Positions 13,515 through 24,687 of a DNA stretch of 64,000 nt are shown piece by piece. The stretch covers positions 89,900,001 through 89,964,000 of the forward strand of contig OX597821.1 in assembly GCA_951406725.2 (NCBI GenBank), read 5' to 3'. The DNA comes from Octopus vulgaris (Eukaryota). The number at the start of each line of letters is the position of its first letter. The stretch's first letter is position 1. The position numbers and the translations under genes are program-made. The notes below the pieces were generated by a model. That model was not told where the DNA came from. It saw only the letters and a list, made by a program, of their open reading frames with translations, and did no database searches.

Positions 13515-13580
13515 AAACATGGGTACCTGAGATGTTGAAAAGTCAGGGAGCTCGATCAGATCACCGTTATGTAGGAAGTA

Positions 13581-13953
13581 CCATTTCAGGATACCATATG
13601 CACGAATGAGAACTGCATGTTATGTAAGATTAACCCTGGTATTAACTGTAGAACTAGAAATGTAGTCTACAGCATAAGGTGCATAGAGGGTGCTTGTAAA
13701 GACTAGAACATGACATACATTGGTGAGACATCTAGAAGCATTGTGGAGAGAATAAATGACATCTGAGACAATATGACGACAAAAACAGTCCTTTTTACTC
13801 TACCAACATGCTAAAGACCAATAGGGAGGAACACTGGGCCGACTTGACATCTACATTTTAGCCAAGCTCCCGAAAAACCCATCACTCAGGCAAATACAAG
13901 AGTACGTCCTTATAAATGAAACAGCCCCCGTACTAAATAGGAAATACACGTAG
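13581..13953 (+). pseudogene. Penelope-like element GIY-YIG endonuclease relic
   Basis: Translation CTNENCMLCKINPGINCRTRNVVYSIRCIEGACKD*NMTYIGETSRSIVERIN-HL...LRQIQEYVLINETAPVLNR shows the Cys linker, VVY...YIG, conserved R/H, E and PxLN; one stop plus frameshifts. Confidence 0.85.
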
Positions 13954-14617
13954 AAGGTAGTGTTTCCCCAATACCCATAGTATATACATACACATGTAAA
14001 TTTGTTAGTAGACTGCTATGTTGGCGAATATATATTTATAGGTAGGTAAATTGATATGTAGATAAATAGATAGGTAAGTAGATAGATAGGTACATAGGTA
14101 ATACGGACAGACAAGCACACGCACAAACACAAAAAGAGATGGAAACACATGACCATATACACATACGCACACTCCACACAAACACACCTATGGAGACACA
14201 TCCATCCATCTATACATATGAATATACACATGCACGCTGACGCACAAAGAAGTAAACTAACAAAAAGAACACAGCTCTGATAACGGACACTTAACAACTA
14301 TTGAACAGGTTGCAAGAAGGAATGAAAATCTTATGATAAAAATAATGAGTGGAAATCGAACCGGTGAGTGTGTTAATTAATAAGGCATTAAATCAGAATG
14401 ACTAATCTCAGACACAACAATATACATATATATTTTGGAGATAATTATAACGATAAAGAATATGGAGACTAGTACATCCTCAAAATTTATTTCCTTTTAT
14501 TTTTCATTGTCATACAACATATGGATACGACGACGACACATGTTGCCACAGCAAAGAGTATGGAAAATTGCATGTGAGTGCAGCTTCGTTCAGTGTCTTT
14601 CAACCAGCTTGTCTCGA

Positions 14618-14685
<68 letters not shown>

Positions 14686-14782
14686 ATATCGTATACGAGT
14701 GGGTATATATTTGTAAAAAAGAAGTTTGAAAACGCCACTATATTAAATAAATTTTAATTTTCTTATGAATTTTATGTTTCGG

Positions 14783-14958
14783 TTCTTGAAAAAAGTATCA
14801 AAAATATTATAAAAAGTGCAATGGAAAAGTTCATAATCGTTTCTTACTGGTCTCAATAGAATCCATGTTCTTGAAAAAACGAAGCTTATCAAATATATTA
14901 TAAAAAGTGCAATAGAAAAGTTCATAATCGTTTCTTACTGTTCTCAATAGAATCCATG
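14783..14958 (+). repeat. Tandem duplication of an ~85-90 bp unit
   Basis: tattataaaaagtgcaat(g/a)gaaaagttcataatcgtttcttactg(g/t)tctcaatagaatccatgt occurs twice. Confidence 0.9.
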
Positions 14959-15103
14959 TGGTGGTGTTTTGTCGGTAGTTGGTATAATCGCTATATTACT
15001 GTTGAGTGTAGTGAAGAAGTCCATTATTGTTTCTTGCTGGTATCAAAAGGAACCGCTTTTTTGTTACCTTGTGTTCCAATGGTGGCAACAGTAGTGATAT
15101 ATA

Positions 15104-15158
<55 letters not shown>

Positions 15159-15159
<1 letters not shown>

Positions 15160-15868
15160 GAGCAAAACGGCCCCCGTCCAATGGACAGTGCTGAGTTGTC
15201 AAACATTTAAACCAAATTTTCCCAAAACGACTTGTCCGACCGTCCCATGGGCCTCCCCTTTGAGAAACATTGATTTAACCTAAATTTGAGACAAGAGCAA
15301 AAGAAGAAATAAAGATAGACTTTTTTCTATTCCAAAGAAAAACGATTTTATACACAAATATACAACCGAAGAGTTTAAAGTACCCGTAATGATAAGGCTG
15401 TTGACTGGGAGAACACAAACATGGTTTAAACAGTTCATTAAAAAATAATTAAGCATGCCTTTATTTCAAAAAAGTTAAGGCAAAAAAAACAAAAACTTCT
15501 TGAGAAAATAAATAGTCTTTCCTTCCTTCATGCCAAGTTTGAAGAAAATATCTCTTTTACATCTTACTTTTTTGGTCTCTTGAATATACTGCATTTTGCG
15601 GCATTATTTCAAGCCAGCCGGCTCTTTTTGCGCAAACTGCACGTGCATTTTTCTCGCGTACGCGTAGTATCGATCGCAACAGCTGATGTACTTGCGCGTA
15701 CAAATGCACGTTCCCACGGCTTTATCGATCGCATTTTCACCTAGAATCGATACCGTCGGTATCTACATATCAAATTTGAGCGCAATCGGATGGAGGATGT
15801 CCGAGATACTAGAAGACACACAGACAGACAGACAGACAGACAGAACGGATTTTATATTATATATATAT
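15159..15868 (-). mobile_element. Probable non-autonomous Helitron (second family)
   Basis: Degenerate CTAG end and hairpin cccgtccaatggacag at left; caaatttgagcgcaatcgg, (GACA)n and ttttatattatata at right, the same layout as 6625-7021. Confidence 0.55.
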
Positions 15869-15906
15869 AAATAAATGAAAAAATGGAGTTGAACGACGAT
15901 TTAACA

Positions 15907-16011
15907 AAATTCCTTTATTCTCGACATATGTTTCGAAGACTGCATACTCCTAATTTCGAAGGAATAAGGGGTGCATTATACCGCCTTCTCATCAGGAAAG
16001 ACAAGGAACTT
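15907..16011 (-). ncRNA. Type I hammerhead ribozyme (left-arm copy)
   Basis: Reverse complement of 16231-16335 with the core intact. Confidence 0.8.
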
Positions 16012-16230
16012 ATGTCAGCATCATGATGAACAAAAACTTTTAGATGACTGCCCACACGGAGTCCATAGCGATTATCGCTATGGACATTTAAACCAAATTT
16101 TCTCAAAACAACTTGTCCGACCGTCCCATAGGCCTCCCCTTTGAGAAACACTGATTTAACCTATGATTTATCGCTATGGACTCCGTGTGGGCAGTCATCT
16201 AAAAGTTTTTGTTCTTCATGATGCTGACAT

Positions 16231-16335
16231 AAGTTCCTTGTCTTTCCTGATGAGAAGGCGGTATAATGCACCTCTTATTCCTTCGAAATTAGGAATATGC
16301 AGTCTTCGAAACATATGTCGAGAATAAAGGAATTT
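16231..16335 (+). ncRNA. Type I hammerhead ribozyme
   Basis: CUGAUGA (16247-16253); stem II gaaggc/gucuuc; GAAAC-auau-GUC with cleavage predicted after 16319; stem I aaguuccuu-guc-uuuc pairs with gaga-aua-aaggaauuu around a 3x3 internal loop. Confidence 0.82.
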
Positions 16336-16545
16336 TGTTAAATCGTCGTTCAACTCCATTCTTTCATTTATTTGTATTAAAAAACAACACAAATTTCCAC
16401 ACGAAAGCACGTGATCTCTGCCCTTGGTATGTAGCTTCAACCGTGTTTTTCTGACGTGAATTTGCTACCTGGCTATCGGTTGACCGAATTATCCATACTA
16501 GGATAATTCATTCAACTACTTAAATATATATATATATATATATAT

Positions 16546-16910
16546 AGGCGTCGTTGTGTGGTAAGGAGCTTGCTTTCCAGCCACCATAGTTCCGCCTTCA
16601 GTCCCACTGCATTGGCAGACCGACCAAAAGCCTTGTTAGCGGATTTGGTAAACGGAAACCGAAGAAGCCTGCCGTATATACATGTAGGTGTGTGTATGTG
16701 TGTGTATGTTCCTGTTTGTCCACACAATTGCTTGACAACCAGTATTGGTGTATTTACGTCCCTGTAACTTAGCGGTTCATAAAAAATAAAAACTACCTAT
16801 AGAATAAGTACCAGGTTTTAAGACAGTAAGTCCTGGGGTTGATTGATTCGACTACAGGTTTTCAAGGTGGTGCCCCAGCATGGCCGCAGTCTAGTGACTG
16901 AAACAAAAGA
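16546..16910 (+). mobile_element. SINE group A, older diverged copy with internal deletion
   Basis: Similarity to group A. Confidence 0.8.
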
Positions 16911-17063
16911 CAAAAAATCAAAGATGCATACATATGAGGAGTCCTCAGAAGTTACTATTACTATTACTATTCCGAAGAAGGATTAAACCGCAAACAACAT
17001 GCCTGTGAAATAAACTCCTTAACCATGTTTCTTTACCTGCATTAGTGTAATATTCCACGGGGT

Positions 17064-17460
17064 AAGGGCGGCAAGCAGGCAGAAATGCTAGCACGCCGGG
17101 AAAAATGCTTAATAGTATTTCGTCTGCCGTTACGTTCTGAGTTCAAATTCCACCGAGGTCAACTTTGCCTTTCATCCTTTCGGGGTCGATTAAATAAGTA
17201 CCAGTTACGCACTGGGGTCGATATAATCGACACAATCCGTTTGTCTGTCCTTGTTTGTCCTCTCTGTGTTTAGCCTCTTGTGGGTAGTAAAGAAATAAGT
17301 ATTTCGTCTGTGTTTACGTTCTGAGTTCAAATTTTGCCGAGGTCGACTTTGCCTTTTATTCTTTCGAGTCGACAAATTAAGTACCAGTTGCATACTGAGG
17401 TCGATATAATCGACTGGCCCTCTCCCCCAAAATTTCGGGCCTTGTGCCTAGAGTATAAAC
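17064..17460 (+). mobile_element. SINE group B with duplicated body
   Basis: Head GGCGGC.AGC.GGCAGAA...GAGTTCAAATTC; core GCCTTTCATCCTTTCGGGGTCGAT..ATAAGTACCAG present twice. Confidence 0.88.
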
Positions 17461-17607
17461 GAATATTCTACAGGGAGAAAAAAGACAAAGAACAAAAAGA
17501 AAAAAACACAGAAGGAATGGTCCTGACTGGAACGCCTTTGATTACAGATCTGCTGACGCTGGACTGACCTGTGATTAAACAACAACAAAAACAACAACAA
17601 CAACAAT

Positions 17608-17683
<76 letters not shown>

Positions 17684-17706
17684 GCTGCTACTGCTGCTGC
17701 TGCTGC
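17608..17706. repeat. (TAC)n grading into (TGC)n
   Basis: Direct reading. Confidence 0.95.
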
Positions 17707-18062
17707 CTTCCTAGAAACTTTATATCAATATCGAAATGGCTGTTCTTGGGTTGTTAACTGATGATATATCGTCAGTAATCATTGTCGACAAGGCAATTGT
17801 CAGTGCTAATACCACAAATGCTTTCAGCTACTGGAAAATTAATTTCCTCAATGCTGGAGTTTTAATCGGTGGTCAACAGTTGCAAATCTGGTAAGGATCG
17901 CTGCCTTCCAGACACACGTCTTTCACTTGCTAAACTTCTAACAAATTCTTCTGACAATTTAGTAGTGATGGTGTAACAACTATCCCGATCACCACCACCA
18001 CCACCACCACCACCACCACCACCACCACAATCATTAGTACTGTGTGCTGTGTGCCCATATGG

Positions 18063-18102
<40 letters not shown>

Positions 18103-18415
18103 ACACACTCACACGCACGCATGCACCGACAAACACGAGCACATGTACTGCCATCATAGTGGTACACATTATCATCATCACTAGACTCGCAAATATCGCC
18201 CTAACGACCAGGAAGCAACTCTACCACATACACGCGTACTGCGACCATCACCATCACTACCACTACCACTACCACCACTACACATGCACAATATCACTAC
18301 CATACTCAGAACCACCACTGAATGTAATCACAATACTACTACCTCCTCTATGAACACATTCACCACCCGACAACTACAACAAAAAAAAAAACATTCACAC
18401 TCCAACACTACTTCC

Positions 18416-18760
18416 ATCACCACCACCACCACCACCACTACCACCACCACCACCACCACCACCACAACCAACACCACTACCACCACTACTGCCACTATTG
18501 CTTAACACAAACTATTATCCCCATCTCCACCTCCATGACACTCACCACTACTACCACTACTACCATCACCACCACGACCACCACCACTACCACCACCACC
18601 ACTACTAACACAAACTACTATCCCCATCTCCACCTCCATGACACTCACCACCACCACCACCACCACAACCACTACTGCTTAACATAAACTACTATCACCT
18701 TCTCTACCTCAATGACACTCACCACTACCACCACTACTACCACCATGACAGCCACCACCC
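18416..18760. repeat. (ACC)n-based minisatellite with three copies of a ~45-bp unique core
   Basis: aacacaaacta.tatccccatctccacctccatgacactcacc at ~18503, ~18606 and ~18679. Confidence 0.85.
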
Positions 18761-20199
18761 CTTCAGCGTAATATCACTGCTGCAACTACCACCAACACCT
18801 TACACACCCCTATTTCCCGTACAACCACTATCAGCATCAATATCATCATCTCAAACGGCCCCATGTGACAAACACTGATCACCCCTGCACCCGCACACCA
18901 CTACCGTCATCCCCACCACCACAACTACCAACACCTATTCCACCGTCACCCCCTACGCATATTACTGCAAGAGCACCACCACTACCACCGTCACCAGCAC
19001 TGAACAATCACCTCATATGCACTCACGCACTAACGACCAATAGGTTTGTCTTTGACATGTGCAACTGTAAAATGTGTGCATTAAATCAAGTTAAACGTAC
19101 TCCTACGTTAATGACTATTACCAATGATAGTTGTCAGAGATGGCAACAATGGATTGGTTTGCATATATAAATGGCGTGCAAATTTGTAACAGAGCCGACT
19201 TAGTGGAGCATGGAATTCTTCTAATGAAATGACCAGATAGATAGCGTTTTGCATAAGTGTCTTAACTCCTCTATATTATGAGAGAAAGTATTCTAATTTA
19301 TCTTGATTGCAGCAGATAAGTGATTAGCTCCTACAATTGCCACTGTTAGATGTAGGACAGATACTGAATTAGTGTTCTCGTAGGTGGAAAAGAATAATTG
19401 CCCGTTTTGCTCTAATGCTGAAAATGTACCTAATATCATACAATGATATATGGACAGTAGAGATTCACAGAACAGGAGAGTGACAAAATAAATGTTATTC
19501 TCTCTCTAAGTTAGTGTTAATATGTTTAATGTTATAAAAGCATTAGAAAAGTTAAGAGAAATATATACAGGAAAGTCTATACTTCGCTGAGGAAATCTGA
19601 TATATGAATGAAGCATGCACGAAGTTGTCTCCTCTTATATTTTCTGAACTAAAGATGATAAAATTAGATATTGGACTAATGTCTTTTTGATAACTGGACA
19701 ATTGACATTCCATCACTACAGACGATTCATCAGATAATGACTCCTAAAAAATCTGAAATTGTAGACATCACCTTGATTGGAGTCGTTGTGTATGGAGTTG
19801 TCGAGTAGGATAAGCTGTGACATAGAAATATATGGTAGATGACATGGTTGTAAAATACGTTGAAATTATGAGGTGCGGTGCAGTTGAAATAGCGATGTAG
19901 ATTGAAGTTGTAGCGTAGGTTGTTGAATACTTTGGTGTAGGTTGTGGTAATGGTATAGGTTGAAGTAGTAGAGAACTAAAGTTGTTTTGTAGAATGAAGT
20001 CGTGAGGTATGTTGATATTAAAGCGTTGTAAGTTGAATTTGTGATTCAGCTTGAGAGACGACTATCCGGGGACATTCTCAACACCTTTTTTATAATTAGA
20101 TTTTCAATACTTTCGACACTAACTTAACTGTTGTTTGCAATGAGGGTGGTGCCGTCGAGTAATCAACCTCATTAATTTTAAATTTTGACATATATGTAT

Positions 20200-20491
20200 A
20201 TCCGTGACCGTGACCGACCAGTCTATGAGATGTTGCTACACATCGCTGGTCACGATGCGCTTCGCATTGTTTTAGCCTTCAAATGGCGCTACCCCGCTGG
20301 CTAAACGAGCAGACCAGCAGAAGAAAGCTGTGGCGAAAGAGTATAGCAGGGATCGTCACCACCCCCTGCCGGAGCCTCGTCGAGCTTTAGGTGTTTTTGC
20401 TCAATAAACACCCACAACGCCCGTTCTGGGAATCGAAACCGTGATCCTACAACCGCGAGTCCGCTGCCTTAACCACTGGACCATTGCGCCT
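20200..20491 (-). mobile_element. SINE group D head with an alternative tail
   Basis: Head matches 11061; the 3' region is unrelated to the tail of 11061-11410. Confidence 0.85.
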
Positions 20492-20514
20492 ACACACACA
20501 CACATATACATACA

Positions 20515-20566
<52 letters not shown>

Positions 20567-20829
20567 CATACACACAAAGCTAACAAGAAATATTAGACAT
20601 TTAGACGTTTTTGTGGCATGTATGGGATATAACTCTGAGTTGGCTAGGGACTTCTTGGGTGTCCTATATGTAAATCAAAATCTGAATAAAAAACATAATT
20701 ATGCATTGTGGTAATTACAAATGCACACATTGTCTCTGTCTTTTCCAAACGTGCACACACTCATTAAGTGGCTCCACTCATTCCCATTGCAAGTATAACT
20801 AACTATCGTATGTTTTTAAAAGAATATAA

Positions 20830-21200
20830 AGGAATATAAACCGCTGTTTCTGTGTTAGTATAGCACTTCTACACTCCTCACAGATACAACAAAATCTTCA
20901 ACAAAATGTTGTTAACGCCTGATACAGATGTATGGATAACAGATTATAAACCTTTAACGACAGTTAGATATTTATAAACACTACACAAAAACAAAAACTG
21001 ATGCAGTTACAGAGGCACGGCTTGTTGTCCTTTGAATCTAATAACCCTACCAAACGTAATCATAGACAAACAGGTTGTAGAATCAGCAGTGTAAATCAAA
21101 AGCTTGCATAAGATTAACCACGGATATATTTAATGTTAGAAGCATAGAACAAGCATTCGTTTAAGAGCACAAAGAAATATAATGACATTACTCTTTCTCA
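20830..21200 (+). pseudogene. Degraded Penelope-like thumb/linker relic
   Basis: Fragments HRYNKIFNK, YRCMDN and CSYRGTACCPLNL resemble the PLE motifs H.Y.KIFN, YSCM.N and CNCR...CPL. Confidence 0.45.
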
Positions 21201-21388
21201 ACGTTGTTGATTCGCAAATAAAATAAGCAAGCAAATCCAGGGTGCTCACTGTGAACAAAAGGTGACTGAAAAACCTCAAGATTTTGGCCTTATTTGAATA
21301 CACTTTCCATCTTGAAAAAGGCGGAAAACCATATGAACTGAAACAGAAAATTACATGTCAGTCAATGAATGTGGAGTCATTGAATATA

Positions 21389-21620
21389 TATTTCTTTACT
21401 ACCCACAAGGGGATAAACACAGAGGAGACAAACAAGGACAGACAAACGGATTAAGTCGATTACATCGACCCCAGTGCGTAACTGGTACTTAATTTATCGA
21501 CCCCGAAAGAATGAAAGGCAAAGTCGACCTCGGCGGAGTTTGAACTTGGAACGTAACGGCAGACGAAATACCACTAAGCATTTCGCCCGGCGTGCTAACG
21601 TTTCTGCCAGCTCGCCGTAT
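21389..21620 (-). mobile_element. SINE group B
   Basis: Group B core and head; 10-bp TSD attgaatata. Confidence 0.9.
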
Positions 21621-22186
21621 ATTGAATATAGTTGGCTGAAATTTGGAATGTAGGTATGTACATCGAAATGATGCATACAAAAATATTTGAGGATCTCCAT
21701 AGAAGGTCTATATGATGTCGCTTCCTTTGGCATCTTGGTGGGTTTTGAATTACGATTTTTCCCAGATTCCAGTTTCTAGGAATTTGACAGTATTCATTAT
21801 GAGTATTTGTATATACATAGGGAATGCTCTGATTGCTTCAGGACATAGGTGCATATCTGGGATTTTTTGAAGCGCAGAGCCTTTTGCATTAAATTTTCCA
21901 ATTACTTATTCAATGTCTAATGGAAGGAACCAGTAAAAAAAATACATTGTAATTGGAAAAAAAATTGGTCTTTGAGTTTTGTGAGATATTTTGGTGTTTG
22001 GTTTTCAAGAAATGTCTGTTAGGGTGTTTGTGTGGTGTTGCAGTGTGGGTATATTATTTGAGGTTGTTATTCTGACATAAAGAATGTTGTAACTTTCTTG
22101 GTGATGATATTGCTAATTACCCTACTTAATGTTTTACTGTTAGTTTCGCTCTTTTTCGTCAAATACATATATTTGTTAATTTCCTC

Positions 22187-22601
22187 GGATCTTTTCGGTT
22201 TGAACGGCAGTTTTTAGCATAATTTCTAGGTTACTAAAAAATTTTAAACTTCGTATACCGGTAAAATGTGTTTATAAAACATCTTTTTCTCTTGTTTTTA
22301 TTGAGAAAATTCTATAGTTTGTAAGATATTTGTTTTTTGTTTCTTCATTTTCTACAATTTCAACCAATCACTGACGTCGATTGAGGTAAAAGCCATTCTG
22401 TGCCGTATGAATATGTCCTTCGTTTAAGAAACAGATTGGGTTTATTTACATTTGTGAAGAAAAAAAGACACCCTTCCCTCACCCCTAACCCTAACCCTAA
22501 AACAGATTGAAATGCAATAGATCGATATTAGGGTCATAATTATGGGTGACAATTTCATATGACACCGCTAGAAAAAACTGCCGTTCAAACCGAAAAGATC
22601 C
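22187..22601. mobile_element. MITE, second copy of the 930-1356 family
   Basis: Perfect TIRs ggatcttttcggtttgaacggcagtttttt; flanks atttcctc / gtttcctc (TSD-like). Confidence 0.9.
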
Positions 22602-22924
22602 GTTTCCTCTTTTCCCATGATCTGTTTCTAATATTCCTCTTTGGTTGTTTGACGCAGGGTTGTATTTCTGTCAATGCCTTTGGTACATTTCTCTTGCGTT
22701 TGTTTCTAGTTTTGATGAGGCTAGTTATTTGTTGTGTATAATTTAAGGGTTGTATTTTGTATTTTCTTGGGAGATGATTTTTTTTCAGATGCATCTGTAA
22801 TTATTTTATTATATGAACTGCAACGTCTGTGTTGGTGATTGAGATGTTGTTAAATCCGAAAAAAAAGACAACTTGATTCTATTTCTTCTCTCTCTCTGTC
22901 TCTCCCTCTCTGTCTCTCTCTGTC

Positions 22925-22955
<31 letters not shown>

Positions 22956-23423
22956 TTATTTTTTTCTTGAAAGTTTGTTAAAGTATTTTTTCTTTCATCA
23001 CTTAAATAAGTGAGATTGCTGTGATAATAATTAGTAAGTAGTCTGAGGAAAGTTGCAGAAGTGTTTCACAAGTGTTTTTTTTAAAGCGTGTGGAATAAAA
23101 GATGATGTCTGGAAAAGAGTGGCTGATGGTTTAGTGACTGAGTGTGTTAGAGTGAATCGCTTCAGGTGGAAAGAAGCTTTGGTTATAGCGCTATTAAGAC
23201 ACCTCTTTGCTATGTGTATTGTTGAATCGTATACGCACGTATATTTGTTTTTTCATTTTACATATTTCGTATCAAGATATACCGTTGTTAAGACTCATCG
23301 TGACAGTGTATGAACTCTCTATGCTCGGTTCTGTAGATCGGCTTTCTTATTCCTAAGCCAGCTGAAAGTATTTTCCGTCAGGTTATTTTGTAGTTTATGT
23401 CATTCTTTAGTTGTATTATAATA

Positions 23424-23689
23424 CAGTAACCCCTCGACTATCGAGGGCGCAATGTTCCAAACCCCTCCGCGATAGGTGAAAACTCGCGAACTAGAAACAG
23501 TACTGTATATATATATATTTTTTTTATTATCTTTATAACTTGTATATATTTATTCTATTATCAATGCAAAACAACACCACGGAGAAATTGGCGTAAGCTT
23601 AACTAATAAACCGCGATAGGTGAACCTCGACTGGTGAACCGCGATAGTGAACCGCGATAGGTAAACCGTAATAAAGCGGGGGATTACTG
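23424..23689. mobile_element. pogo/Tigger-like MITE
   Basis: TA|cagtaacccc ... gggattactg|TA; repeated internal motif ccgcgataggtgaa. Confidence 0.82.
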
Positions 23690-23744
23690 TATATCATATC
23701 ATGCGAAATAGACTTTGACTGTTACTACTCTTAAATACGATATA

Positions 23745-23820
<76 letters not shown>

Positions 23821-24051
23821 TATATATACATATATATATACACATATATACATACATATACATAACACATATATATATATACATATACATACACACATGC
23901 ACACACACACAAAAAAACACCCACTCACACACACAAACACCCACTCACACATATATATGTATATATGTATGTAGGTATGTATATGTATATATATACACGT
24001 TTACGAATTTGTTTTGCGAGATTTCTGGTGTGAAACCGTGCGTTGAAACAG

Positions 24052-24383
24052 ATATTGTTATATTTTGGGATGGTCTTTGTTTTTCTTTTTTTGTCAAATA
24101 AACACTCGCACTATATATTCGTTCTTCACTCGTTCATTACTGTTCTTATTTTAGCTGAATCTTATTGTCCGGAAATCTTTTATCCAGAATGGACTAAACG
24201 GAGTAGGAGGATACACGATGACGGAAAGTGTTGCTGAAGAGGTCACAGACGCGTGACGAAAGATTTCCGGACAATGGACATAAGTTAAAATAAGAACAGT
24301 AATAAACCAGTGAAGAACGAATATATTGTGCTCGTGTTTATTTGGCAAAAAAAAAAAAAGAAACTGACCTTGCCGAAATATAG

Positions 24384-24388
<5 letters not shown>
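24052..24388. mobile_element. Penelope pLTR/retrozyme-like inverted-repeat unit beside (TA)n
   Basis: Arms ~24052-24180 and ~24259-24388 are diverged reverse complements; a hammerhead spans the spacer/right-arm junction. Confidence 0.65.
24229..24273 (+). ncRNA. Minimal type I hammerhead ribozyme, partly decayed
   Basis: CUGAAGA-g-gucac/gugac (5-bp stem II)-GAAA-gau-UUC-cggaca; stem I weak (uguug/cggaca). Confidence 0.6.
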
Positions 24389-24440
<52 letters not shown>

Positions 24441-24443
<3 letters not shown>

Positions 24444-24595
24444 AGAGTGAAGATATAAATGCGAAACAAGGTGGAAAAAATAGTACTCGAATACCAGAGG
24501 TAGAGTAATATGCTTTATTAAAAAGCAGCAAAAATATCACAAAAACTGTTACTCAGAGTTTCACGTTCCCGTTCGTCGGACAGTTTTGTTTAGAA
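24441..24595 (-). mobile_element. Short hammerhead-bearing repeat between (TA)n tracts; second copy at 60820
   Basis: ~150 bp shared with 60820-60972. Confidence 0.75.
24542..24587 (-). ncRNA. Minimal type I hammerhead ribozyme, U4C core variant
   Basis: Minus strand: aaaacugu-CCGACGA-acg(ggaa)cgu-GAAA-cucuga-GUA-acaguuuu; 8-bp stem I, GNRA-capped stem II, near-palindromic stem III. Confidence 0.75.
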
Positions 24596-24616
24596 AACAA
24601 AGTATATACATGTATG

Positions 24617-24687
<71 letters not shown>

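Larger units (their letters stand above)
15869..16525. mobile_element. Penelope pLTR/retrozyme-like unit: ~200-bp inverted repeat with a hammerhead in each arm, flanked by (TA)n
   Basis: Arms ~15869-16072 and ~16170-16373 are near-perfect reverse complements. Confidence 0.75.

Noticed and set aside
17757-17776. 20-bp imperfect palindrome containing CTGATGA
   Set aside because: Too short and lacks the rest of the ribozyme core
18500-18730. Repeat-spacer pattern resembling a CRISPR array
   Set aside because: Spacers are (ACC)n runs, the context is eukaryotic and there are no cas genes
19780-20045. GT-rich stretch with let-7-like words
   Set aside because: Degenerate ~19-bp minisatellite with no precursor hairpin
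22482-22500. Telomere or chromosome-fusion site
   Set aside because: Only three CCCTAA units, internal to a MITE
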